A stretch of DNA of 64,000 nt from positions 5,022,001 through 5,086,000 of the forward strand of contig CM022672.1 of NCBI GenBank assembly GCA_012295275.1, given 5' to 3'. How positions within the stretch are numbered: position 1 is the first letter of the stretch; every line of letters starts with the position of its first letter. The notes under the pieces are model-generated. The model searched no databases and had not been told where the DNA came from. It saw nothing but the letters and a program-made list of their open reading frames with translations. The stretch is from Chrysomallon squamiferum. Taxonomy: Eukaryota > Animalia > Mollusca. A program made the translations under genes and the position numbers. Below are positions 1 to 13,314 of the stretch, one piece after another.

Positions 1-214
1 CGAAATGGGGCAGGTAATTCGTTTCAGGTCTTTTCCCAAGACATGTTTTACACGCTCGGACGGAAATCTCATTCATCGGCAGTTTCCGTAACAAGGCCCC
101 GAGATGTATAATAATTTGTGAAAGCATTTTATCCCCAATGCACAGTGGCAGTGTTTACACGTTGTAAAATCTAATTACTTTTCAGATGTTTTTTTCTCTT
201 TCATCTCTATTTCT

Positions 215-259
215 CATTTTATTATTTACTTATTTACTTATTTATTTATTTATTTATTA

Positions 260-320
<61 letters not shown>

Positions 321-640
321 TAGTTTTTTATATAAAAAAAAAATTAAATGTTTCTACAACAACTACTACTACTACTATTACTACTACTATATTTCTACTA
401 CTACTAACATTACTATAACTACTGCTACTACTACCCTCACTACTGCTATTACTACTATTCCCACAACTATCTTGTATTACTACCATTGTTACTGTTATTC
501 CTACTACTACTACTACTACTGCCACATCACTACTACTACCGCTTTTAAAATGACTAACAGTATCGCTACTACTACAAGAACAACTTCTGCTGCTACAACA
601 ACAACATCTACTAGTAATAAAGCTACCATTACAACTAGTA
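215..640. repeat. (ATTT)n(ATT)n compound microsatellite followed by degenerate (ACT)n
   Basis: Direct reading. Confidence 0.9.
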
Positions 641-1256
641 TTCAGTGATTACTTCACAAAACCAAACAACTATTTTACTTTTCTTTTTCTTTTTTTTCTT
701 CTACTTTTTGTTTGAACGTTCATGACTCTTTCTTTTCTTTTCCTTTCCTTTCAAATATTTAAACATTTTGAAAGATTATAAATCTTCTCAGTGGCTTTTC
801 CTTCTTCCATATCATCCTCGTCTGCTGTATCATACGTTTAACTTCTTCTCTGTAACTCTGCAGCTCTCGTATTTTTTTAATTTGCATTATCACAGCCCTT
901 TGCTCTGTAGGCACTTCTTCCAAGTGACTCTGCCATTAAATGCATGCTGTTCCCAGAAATCTATAAGATCATACAGCATGCTTTATTCATTTGAAATCGT
1001 CATAAACAACTCAGTTTCTCGGAGATAACTAATACTGTGAAAGGATTTCGGTTCGCAGACTAATTGTCTCTTAACTAAAATAAACTTGTACACATGAGAT
1101 ATCAATCAATTTGTTCCGCAGGTTACTGACTTTCCAGTCATTTGTAACTACTGACGGTTTGATGCTCTCGTTGGTTTACGTAAACAAATGTTAAATATTT
1201 ATAAGTACGTACATATATACGTATCTACATACATACATGCATACATAACGGGAATC

Positions 1257-1440
1257 GACGTGATTGTACTTCGTCCTTGTGTGCCATTGCGTTTCTGAAT
1301 GTTGTCTAAATGCAGAGTATAATCAGACGTAGATAAAACAGAGAATATTCATTCCAAAATACATAGATACTTAAATCACATAGATAAACACACACACACA
1401 TACATACATACATACATACATACATACATACATACATACA

Positions 1441-1472
<32 letters not shown>
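1257..1472 (+). mobile_element. 5'-truncated, diverged SINE copy (copy C) with long (ACAT)n tail
   Basis: cgtgattgtacttcgtccttgtgtgccattgcgtttctgaatgttgtctaaatgcagagtataatcagacgtagataaaacagagaatattc aligns colinearly with 21844-21936. Confidence 0.8.
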
Positions 1473-3226
1473 CCGGCAGATAATATAAACATTAACATAC
1501 ATACATTTTCCAAGACCTTTTTAATTTATCAGTTCACTTCAGTATCTAATTTAAGTTTGTTCATGCTATTACTGATATATCTACTTCTACAACACTGCCG
1601 CTACTGTATCTAACTTAAGATTCTAATTTATCTAGTAAACGTTTCTTCTCTAACTTGTAGTTTAATTCCATCTTGACAACAATACTCAATACAGTGCCAT
1701 AAATATCACTACTGCTACTACTACTACATAATTATGTTTATATTATATGTACAACCACTACCGCATCATTTAATACAATATCAATAGAAACTACTACTAC
1801 TACGACTTCTACTAAAAAAAAAAAAAAACTACTACCAATATCAGCACTGGCACTATTAATGCTAATGCTATTGCTACTATAAATATTGCTACAACTACCA
1901 CTAGTACTATTACAATGACTATAAAAATAACCCTAAACTGTTGTGGTAATATACTCGATGTAAGGTCTTTGTTTCGCAATAAATACATTATTATTGGATA
2001 TGGACGTTTATTGCATGCAAAGGAAATTAATAATTAAAATAATAAACTGGAAATTGTTCTTATATTTCTCTTTTTCTCTGAGTAACAAATCCTGCATCCG
2101 GTTCTGCTGTGGAAACGATATTACAATACTTACCGAATCGTAAAATCGACAGCATCGCCATTAAAGAAGGCAAAAGCACGACTTAAATGAATCGATTATT
2201 TTAGGCTCTGATCTGAAGCGCTGTAGGTCATTTTTGTCTTTTGTAATGAATGACAAAGCAATTTCACAGTATTAAAACTAATTGACAAGTTACTGAGAAG
2301 TGAGAAGTGTCTTTGATGTTTTCATTTGAAGGAAATCATTATTTAAAACGCGACAAAAAAAAGTCAAAACGTCATTAAAAACAGAAATAAAGGTTTGAAA
2401 TACTCTTTTATTGCTGTTGATGAAAATGTTTTAACATAAAAACACTCTTTCTTTCTCTTGGAAAAAAAAAAAAAAAAAAAAAAAAAAAATAAAATAAAAT
2501 AAAATAAAATATTCGAAATTAAGCATAATAGATTTACAAACTGGTAGCTTGAACTGGATTGCTTGCTTTTAACCACTGTTTTGAAACAATCGTTTCACAT
2601 CACCAGACTAGGAAGTATACTAACTGTATCAGCGCAAATGTATAAATCGGTCACTGAACCAAGCAGCTGCTATCGCAAATAATTAAATAACTTCTAAAAA
2701 AAAATGTAATTTTTCAGTCTGTACTCTTTCTGTGCCTTCTCAGCGGTACTTTTTGTATCGGGAAACGAGGTGGTGTGCGCTGGAGGGGCGGGAAATCGCT
2801 AATAGACTGTGACTCGCAGACAGGTCGAGACTGAAAGATACACACAGTTCGGTTTCGTAAAGTGACACTTATCGGCTGCAGACCGGACCGGCTCATGCAG
2901 GCAGCTGGCAGCGACACCTGCAAAGCACTTCTCAATCAACATTTAAATCCACCAACTCGGCGGCTCCAGAACCGACAGTTAAGAGAGTTGAAGAATGTGC
3001 GTTTTGAGAAAAGAACATAATTAAGTTAACAAATGTTTGCTTTCACGAATGCTTTACTTTATTTTTTTCCAGTGTGTCATTGCGGGCTACTGTATGATAA
3101 GATGTATAGAAAAGTAATTACATCAGTGTAACTGTAACTGAATTCAAACACAGAGAGCTGGTAGGTCAGTTGTTTACCGCAAAAGAACAAGTGAAATACA
3201 TTTTTTATAATTTATGTCTGGTAAAG

Positions 3227-3229
<3 letters not shown>

Positions 3230-3305
<76 letters not shown>
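3230..3305. repeat. (CT)n(CA)n compound microsatellite
   Basis: Direct reading. Confidence 0.95.
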
Positions 3306-4536
3306 GAAAACGTTACGAAATTTGGTAATGTGTACTATTTTAAACAAATGCCTGTTGAAAATGGGTCAGGTTTGATTTGGTGAAGATATATATATATTGG
3401 TAATTAGCAAAGAAATTCTTTTAGTAAGGCAAATTAATGGCTAAATATCTTTAGATGTTTTTTTTTTTTTGTTTTTTTTCTCATATCGAGGAACAACGTT
3501 TGATAAACAAAATTACCAGATTTCTCACTGGGAAGGGAAATTACCATTGGACACGGATGATATAGAGAAGAAAACGAGGCCAAGCCAAAAACAGAAAATC
3601 TTTTGTTCGTTCATCACACAGCTGAATGCGCGTAGAACCAGGAAGAGACTGAAATTTAAAAAAAAAAGGAAAAGGATGAAGAATCTTTTTTTTTTTTCTT
3701 TTTTTTTTTTGTTGACAAAATGAATTTGCGGAAGTTCTTTTCTGAATACCAAACAATGATATAGAAACTAGGTCAGCCTGAAGAGAATCCATTAACTGTC
3801 TTGATTTAGAGTCTAGAAGCATCAGTTCAATGTCCCGCATAATCTGATAATATGTGTTTATGAATACTGAATAAAACCAACGTTTCTTTGCCACCTAACT
3901 TCGTTATAATTGTTCTGACAGTTTGAACATTTAATTACTATTATCTTCTACTAATGTAATACTCGGTCTATAATGAACGCTGATACTATAATGATAAACA
4001 ACAACAAAATCAATACAAAAATAAACAACAACAAAAACACGTACATTAAAAACAAAATCAGAAAACAACGAGCACTTCCATACATTTCACAAACGTATTT
4101 AGCACAAAATATCAATACAAAGAACTGACCTTCTGTTTAGCATTTGTTTTATTTACCAATGAAGCAAAAAACTAATAGATTTTTTTTTACTTGCAGGCCC
4201 ACATAATTACACGCGCGCAATTAATGTGCACTTACGTCCTGACTAGTCGCTCGCTCTGTCGTCTTTTTTGAAATCGTCGCCAATTAAGCTTGAAGCGAAA
4301 TAACGCGAAGAGAAAGATTCGAGAAAGATCGGTAACGTAAAGAACTGTTTTGAGCGTTAATGAAATATATTACGGATGATATCTCTCTGACTGCAGTTTT
4401 AATGGTTTGTCACTAAACCGACATGCAGAATGAGGCGATCCAGGTCACAGCCCGTTTGTCACGAATACGTGTTTCGTTAAGTGGCGCCACGAACCCAGCA
4501 GACGTAAAATGGTAACCTGATTGCTTATAGCGTGGG

Positions 4537-4612
4537 AAAAAAAAAAATAAAAAAAAAAAAAAGAAAGAAAGAAAAAAAAAAAAAAGAAAAAAAAAAAAAA
4601 AAAAAAAAAAAA

Positions 4613-4690
<78 letters not shown>

Positions 4691-4705
4691 AATAAATAAA
4701 TAAAA
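4537..4705. repeat. poly(A)-(AAT)n-(AAAT)n compound microsatellite
   Basis: Direct reading. Confidence 0.95.
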
Positions 4706-6145
4706 TACCCTTTCCACAAAACCTAAAGTTAGTCCGGATCGTTTCCGCTGATAGCAGACTGTTTATTTTCGCACGAATGTCACCGACCATTCAAAGCAAT
4801 TAACTGGCAATTTCTGAAAACCGCAAGCTTTGCTTGTAAATAGGTAAAGCTTCAAAAGCTAGAAAATACATTCCTGCAGGCCCTGGCATCTTCACAGGTT
4901 CATTAATTTAGCATGCACAGAGATATATTTAGAAACACTGAAATCACCGCGAAAACCGATAGGATTTATAAATGTAATATAAATAAGAATTGCAAGACAA
5001 AGTTCTGACAATCAGACTATATCTATAAATGTTTGTAGGGAATTATTTATATTAAATCGTATACCTCTTATATGTACACTATAGGTCAAATACTACTCAT
5101 AATTACTATGGTTAAATCTAAACATCTGAAGAAATGATATTTTTCAATATTTTCATTAATAATCTGATATTTTGCTTAGCAGTAAACTTCATTCTTGGTC
5201 AGAGACAGAAACTTTGGGTAAAAAGACATCAGAGAATAATCTGTGCAGTAGGAGTTGGGGACATTCATCTCTCCCGGAACCATTTTTAGTTTGCTATCAA
5301 TCTGAATGACGCAATCAATACTGTGTAGGAGAAATTGAAGGGATGTCCAAAAACTGTGGCACTGTGACGAATTGTCGAGTTGGTGTAATGATCAATTTAC
5401 CCATTGTAAAGTTCATCTTAAATGTATGACAAACTTTTGTAAAAATCATGTTGCAATGGCTGATAATTCTAACAGGAACCCTCGTTCGAAGAATTTTCAA
5501 AATTATTTTTTTTTTCTAAATTCATTCAGTCTTTGCCTGTATATGCGAATATTCGTGTGCAAGATCTTGTCACCAACAGACTTGTAGCAACAGTGAGATT
5601 CAAAGTTAAGACTTTTTTTTCGTGAGATTCGTCTACCTGCTACTTTACGTGTTGTTTATCCGCTTCAGAGGTAGACGTGTTGTATACGTGTCGGAAGACG
5701 CTAGTATTACAGAACTATTACCGAAACTTCGTCTCTGTGACATTCATTTCATCCACATACGACTTACGACAGCCCCAATCCTGTTTCATCAATCGGATTA
5801 ATCATTCGCGTACGCTGGAACGAGCAGTTTTCGTGAAGCACTAATCCTCGCATTAAGCAATTTGCCAGGTCCTTATGGAAAGGCCATTTTGGCTCTTTTG
5901 CCGGAATCCTGATATCAGACACGTCTCAGTTTTAAAAGCAGGGAGCAAATTGACGCTTCTAATGGGTCTTTAAAAGGTTAGCCTGGTGTGACAAATCGCG
6001 GTGATTTTTCTCTACTCCAGCGAAGTTTCATCACAGAAGTAAAAAAAAAAAAAAAAAAGGCGTGGGTTTTCTTTTTGAGACAACTTTGTTAACACATATA
6101 TTCTCGCCTGGCACTGCTTTTGATATCACCTCCATTAATTATTAA

Positions 6146-6185
<40 letters not shown>

Positions 6186-6346
6186 GTAAAATGTCTCCGA
6201 AGCAGCCATCAATCTTCTTTTTTTTTTCTTTTTTTTTTTTTCTTTTTTAAAGTACAGAATTTAAAAAAAATAAAACTGAGGTCAATGCGCAGGATTTTGA
6301 CACCCAGTAACTATTTTTTTTTTAATTATTTATATTTTATAATTTT

Positions 6347-6448
<102 letters not shown>

Positions 6449-7849
6449 TATTATTAGTAGTAGTATTAGTATTACTATTCATTAATTAATTATACTTCAA
6501 TTCAGAATTCCCAAAAGGCTGTTAAACAGCATGACAGATTTTTTTTAAACACATACACACACAATCTGAAACAAACAGACTATAGTTTTGAAATGAAATA
6601 TAGACAATGGTGTGTGACATAAATTTAACACTGATTCTTTTAGCCTGTTTCTGCTGTTATTCGAAGACTTGGGCCTTTTTTCTTTCTTTCTTATTCTTTT
6701 TTAAAACTGTTAAAACATTTGAGCTAGCGTGAAGGCTACGTTACAAATTACTGATGTTTGAATCAATATAACGAATTGTGTGTGGGATGACCGTCAGATA
6801 CTCAACATAAATCTGTATAAAATAACAGCAGCGAGGTTCACACGGACACAAGTAAAAAAAAAAAAAAAATATTCCAAGAAAAGCTTTCAGAATCGGCTTC
6901 GTTTATAAAAACACATTTTTAACGTAAAAAGTAGGTGAAGCTTTCTTAATGTTGCTTGTTTAGTTATTAAGACCTTTTAAAATGCATGCGTGAATATATA
7001 ATTAAATCACCCTCAGACAAAAACACACACAAACACAAATACAAACACACATACATAGATACATACTTACAGGCATGAATGCAAACATACATATATGCAT
7101 ACATTATGTACATACATATATACATACATACATATATATACATTTATACATTCATACATATGCATATACATATTACATATACATATACATATACATATTA
7201 CATATACATATCACATATTACATGCATACACATACACATACACATCACATATTACATGCATACACATACACATCACAGATTACATGCATACACAATATTA
7301 TATTTCATATATTAGTCTACATCACTATGAGGCAAATAAAGCACGTTTATCAGTTAGTTAGAAGAAAGGTTATTTGTTTACTTCTCAGGTGTATTTACAT
7401 AATTTGTTAAAAAAAAAATAAATAAATAAATAAATAATAATAAAAAAGAAATTAAAACATTTAAAAAAAAAAAAAAAAAAGTATAAATCGCTATATGAAG
7501 TAAAATAAGCAAAATCTTGTTGTGCTTAACAATAACCGACTGAGCACTGAAAACTGTAATTCTTCTCAGATACAAAACGAGTTTGTTTATCTTGTCTATT
7601 TCGATCTGCATATATATGTACATTAAATTTCATTTTTAAGGCATCAAACCTTTTTTTTTTTCTTTATTATTATGTATAGTGTTAGAAGAATAATCGACCC
7701 AGTTCGGTATGAAAATAAGGAGTGATAGGTGTATGATGCGACAGAAAACAGAAAGAAGAAAGCATTAATTTCGATAAAAACGTTAAAAAAAATTTAAAAA
7801 AAAAAATGGAATAATATCATAAAAAATAATATCACAATAATTTTGAAAG

Positions 7850-8294
7850 AGAGATGGATAGATGGATGGGTGGGTGGATGAATGAATAGATAAATGGATA
7901 AACGAACATGTAAATAGTCAGATAGGAAGAAAGTAGATAGATAGATAGATAGACCGACAGACATATAGATAGATAGATAGACAGACAGACATATAGATAT
8001 ATAGGTAGACAGACAGATACATAGACAGACAGACAGCCAGACAGATATATAGATAGATATACAGACAGTCAGACAGATAGACAGACAAACAGATAGATAG
8101 ATAGATAGATAGATAGATACACGTACAGAGAGATAAGTAGAAACATGGATAGAGAGATAAGCAGAAAAATAGATAGACAGATAGAAACATAGAGATATAA
8201 ATAGATAAACATACAGAAAGACAGACTGACTGATAGACAAACAGACAGACAGACTGATTGATAGATAAACAGATAGACAGACATACAGATACAT
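7850..8294. repeat. Degenerate (GATA/GACA)n tetranucleotide tract
   Basis: Direct reading. Confidence 0.9.
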
Positions 8295-8405
8295 AGGGAT
8301 TTTTCTTGTTTTTTTGTTTTTTTACTGAAACGTAAACATGCATTAACACATTTCAGCAAAAACAACGACAACGACAACAACGACAACAACAACAACAACA
8401 ACAAA
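8295..8405 (-). repeat. Left arm of ~110-bp inverted duplication (partner 10277-10379)
   Basis: tttactgaaacgtaaacatgcattaacacatttcagcaaaaacaac is the reverse complement of gttgtttttgctgaaatgttttaatgcatgtttacgtttcagtaaa at about 10303-10348, with one mismatch. Confidence 0.85.
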
Positions 8406-8904
8406 ACAAATAGATAGTGAAGAAGATTGAGCTGACTGACGATGCAAGAAGGAAAAAGAAAATGTTTTTATTTTTGTTATTATATGTAAAAAGACAGTTA
8501 CATAGCGAGACATAAAATATGAAAAGAAAAAAAAAAATAACAATAAGAAAAAAAAAATATATAATAAGTCTCTACCAACACAAAGAAAATTCAAACAAAA
8601 CCATCATTCTACTTCTGATGATGAAAGGTTTTGTTTGCAAAGACCTGTTTTGATGTAACCGTGCTATTTCGTTCGTTTCATTTCCTAAGTACTGTTTACT
8701 GTAATCTACTTTGCTAGTTTGTTTATAACCGTGAAGAAGAAAAGCAGTCATGCTTGACCTCCAAATCACCTTCAAAACCCGCCAAGGAGTTTATTCATAG
8801 CCCACATCCCGCCAGAGAAAAGCGGGTTTAGGGAAATCAGAACACAGAAAGAAAAAAAAAAGTCAGCTTCTTTTGGATTTTGTTTTCTGTAGAAACACAA
8901 ACAG

Positions 8905-8950
<46 letters not shown>

Positions 8951-10276
8951 AGATCATATATATATATATATATGATTTTGGCTTATCGTTTTTTCTGTAT
9001 CTTGAAAAGTCACAACGAAGAAATTCACCATTTTACTGAAATCCTCAATTCGCTCTTTGCAGTGTCTGTCACATTACTTTCATTCGAGCAACGATAACAC
9101 TTTGATAACAGACATCAAAGCAGAAACCAAACAGTGTCCCACATTTTGAAGAAATAATAATAATTTTTTTTTTTTTTTTTTGATCTAGGTCTTTGGTTAT
9201 CTTATGTTTGTTTAAGACTGCCTTGACATTTCCTCGTAATAACTGTAAAAAGAAAAAGAAGAGATAAAAAAGTGACAGATCCAGGAGTATTGGTTTCTGT
9301 AGATCTGTCACTTCACTGCAGCCTGCCAGCGCGTCTTGTATTCAGCTAGTAATGACAGTCTGATGCAAACATCCGCTGGCAATCTCGTTCTTCTTTCCTC
9401 TCGTTTTTGTGTCGATGATGATGATGATGACGTTATCTCAATTTGACGTCGTCCGCTGGTCTTGACGAACTTCCCCTTTTTTGCGTGATGGAGAGGTTGA
9501 TGTACATAAGTATGCATTTTTTGTTAATAAAAATTATGTCATTTTTTGGCGTTTCAGTTCTTTATTTTATTTATTTTTATTTATTTATTTTTTTTTTTTT
9601 TTTGTTAATCTTTATATAAAAAAAAATTATGTGAGTCTTTGTGTTTATATTATTATTATTTATTTATTTATTTATTTATTTATTGTTGTTGTTGTAACTG
9701 ATGCTGCTTCTTTTTGGTATTATCGGTGTGTATATTGGTTTTTTGTTGTTGTTGTTTTTTTTTTATATTCAATAATATAAATGATAATGACGATGATAAC
9801 AACAACAACAACAACGATGATGATTAATATGACAAGGGTGATGATGATGATGACGACGACGACAACAACAACGTCGACAATCTAAAATGTACTCAGATCT
9901 ATATCCTTTTCGCCATTCATCAGAACGACTCCTTGACCGGGGAGAACGCGAATTTCGCATTTGACATCATTAATCTTTCCGAGAGGTCCGCGGCGATAGA
10001 TTTCTGTGAATGAGCAGAACGTGGAATCTCCGCACCGTTATAAATTTATGGACTTAACTGACACTGTTTGCTTTTCGCTCCCATAAATTCCTGTTCATGG
10101 CGGAAAAGTTCTTGATCCTTCCACACGCGATTCGTTGAAGAGTTCATTCACAGCGTGAAGTCATGAATGAAGAAGAAGAAGAAGAAGAAGATATTTGTGA
10201 GAGAAGATGACGAAACCGTGAATTGCGTGATCTGGACGAAGACTCTGGATTTCGTCATGTCTTTTTGCTGGAGTCT

Positions 10277-10379
10277 TTTTTGTTGTTGTTGTTGTTGTCG
10301 TTGTTGTTTTTGCTGAAATGTTTTAATGCATGTTTACGTTTCAGTAAAAAAAAAAAAAAAAAAAACAAGATAAAACCCT
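10277..10379 (+). repeat. Right arm of ~110-bp inverted duplication (partner 8295-8405)
   Basis: Matches the left arm; similarity extends to caagataaaaccct versus agggatttttcttg. Confidence 0.85.
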
Positions 10380-11859
10380 CACCAAAAACGAAACAAAAAC
10401 AAACAAACCCATCAACAGTATAATGTAATATTAGTTATTGTTGCAGCACTAGGGTTAACTGTCTAGACACAGTAAGTGTAGTGTATGTAATAGTAGTTGT
10501 TATAAAACAGTAAGTGATTTTAATGGTGGTTGAGATAGTAGTAGCACTAGAGGTAATAGTAATGATAGCAGTAGTAGTTGTTTTAGCAGTAGCGATAGCA
10601 ACTGTCGTAATAATAGCAGCTGTACAAACTATTGTTGTAGTAGTTGTTTTTGATATAGTAGTAGTAGTAGTAGTAGAATTAGTGTACGATCGTTTTCCTT
10701 TTTACTAAGCAACAACAATAACAACAACAACAATAACAACAACAAAATATAACAATAATAATAATATGTAATTAAAAAAAAAATTGTTTCTTTCGTGTAA
10801 TTATTGATTTTTTTCTTCACCTTACTTCAAAGGGATATCTGAATCCATTTCACAAATTTACAACAAAAACACCTTTTTTCTTCTTCTTCTTTTTTTTTTT
10901 TTTTTTTTTTACATTCAATCGTCTAAATTTTCACGCTTTTCCTTTAAAGCACATGGAATCACATAACAGGTCGGTCTGTAATTACGTGGCGACCATTAGA
11001 TTTTCTGTAAAAGTACAGTGACGAAACATCGCAAATAAAGTGTTTATTAGATGTAAAATAGGCCATTTATCACGCCACATTAGCTCGTCCCAGTATCGTT
11101 CTTCTAAACGAAATTGCATTAACCCAGAAGCTTTTGTGCACATGTACTTACTATTCTCCGTGTTCCACGCGTTTGCAAAGTCATCGAAAGACGTTTGCAA
11201 ACAACGCTGGTCCGGAACTGAAATTTGAACTTAGGATTCAAATAGGATTTTTTCAATTTGTTTTCTCCTGGGTTATTTTTTTTTATTTATTTATTTATTT
11301 ATTTATTTATTTTTTTTTTTTTTTGGAGTGTTTACTGTAAGCCATTGGCTGCTCGGTTAGGTCTGCGTTAACAAAAAAAAAAAAAAAAAAAAGTTATTGA
11401 TTTTAGTGGGTATCTTAATGTAAATCATTCTTGTACGTTATTTAAAAAAAAAAATCATGCTTTTTTTTTTTTTTTTTTTCTTTCATTTTGTTGAGATTTG
11501 CAGCACCGACGCTATCAGATTAAATATTTTCACACTAGCTCAAGCACGGTTTTGTAAAACGTTGACGACGGCGACAACAACAAAAACAACTATGAGAATA
11601 GCAACGCCAGTAGAAGCAACAACAACAACAACCACAATAATAATAATAATAATAATAATAGCAATGACAAAAAGTTGCTTTTAATATAGTAGTAGTAGTA
11701 GTAGAAGCAGTAATAGTAGTGGTACTAGAGTTAGTGTACGATCTTTTTACTTTTTACTAAGCTACAACAACAACAACAACAACAATAATAATAATAAAAA
11801 AAAAAAAAGAAAATTTGAAAGATGGAAATCAACCTACTTTAGTTTTCGTTAATTTATTC

Positions 11860-11929
<70 letters not shown>

Positions 11930-13283
11930 TTCATAAACCCACTGTTAAAAAAATTAACAACTAAGATTTAAATCAGAATTGGCTTCTTTTTTGACAGTTA
12001 CAAGTGGTTTCCAGTAATTACGTATTTTGATAACAAGAAGATTACTACAGTTGTATAGATTTTAATAATAAATGACGTAATGGTTATCGCCTAATGCTGG
12101 TTTCCTTGAATCGACTTTTCCTGATCAGAATTCTGATTCAGTTTTAGCATGGTGCCAGCTATCATTCATACATAACTGCACTTGGCTAGTATTCTGTTAT
12201 TAAATCTTATTGCCTTACAAGTTTACTCAATTTTTGCTAGAAATCACATCCCAATTTGCACAACAAAATTTTCATCCGAGTTTTAACAAGAAACTTCGGA
12301 TAGTTCCGCTGGAGACAGTGATTTTTGTTTTCCCTTCACGGATGAGCTGAGATGTGAAAATTATTTAGAAAATTATTTAGAAGTTTCCCTTTAAATATAG
12401 AAAGACAAATTAAAAAAAAAAAAAAAAAAAGTACCTGAATAGTGGTTTTTTTTAAATTACATTATACAAAAAAAAAACTGAATAAAAAAATGCTTGATTA
12501 TTTTCCCGTTCATTCATCTTCTTCTTCGCCTGATTCTGTTTATCAAAAACTATTAAAAAAAAAAAAAAAAAAATTAAAAACGAAAGATAACGCGTAGGGT
12601 TAGCGTCCTTCGTGAACAAATACAATTAGAAAACGAAAACATACGATTTGTTTTTCGATTAAATGGAGCATAAACTGTCAAATAAAACCCACAGCAGAAG
12701 AAATAATTAAAAAAAAAAAAAAAAAAAAAGTGGAAGAAGGAAAAAAAAAAAAAAAAAAAAAAAAAAATAGGACCTTGATGAAAATGATGAAACATCTCGA
12801 ATCAACGCCTAGTTCAGACGTTCTAACTGGAGGTTTCACGTTAACGTCGAAGACATTTTTGACTACGCGTGAAGACGTGAACGCCTAATTACGTTAAACG
12901 GTTCTTAGAAAGCCTCGCCTTGTTCTGAAAATTAATTACGTGTGAGGTCAACGTTCTCGTGCATGCTGCTTAACCTAAATACTTCTGCATGTTTCCCAGG
13001 ACACGTTTGGCGGCCGAGCTACCCACAGCGTATCGACCAGTCTATAAAACGTGGTGCAGACCGCAGGAGTAGCCTGACATTGTCGTAAACTGCTCCGTCC
13101 TCGTTCTTAAGTGTTTTCATGGAGAAAGTAAACACGCTTATAAAATTCTGGGAAAAATCTGAGTTTACAATTTTTCTTCTTCTTCTTCTTGTTGTCTCTG
13201 TGCTACTGGAAAGCGTTCGATTTTTTTTTTTTTTTTATTTTTTTATAAAATATATGTGATAATGATTTTAAAAATTTAAAAAT

Positions 13284-13314
<31 letters not shown>

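Noticed and set aside
5775-5787. 13-bp match CCAATCCTGTTTC with about 37263 (and GACGCTATCAGAT at about 11508 and 14500)
   Set aside because: Multiple 13-mer matches are expected by chance in a window this size, and neither extends.
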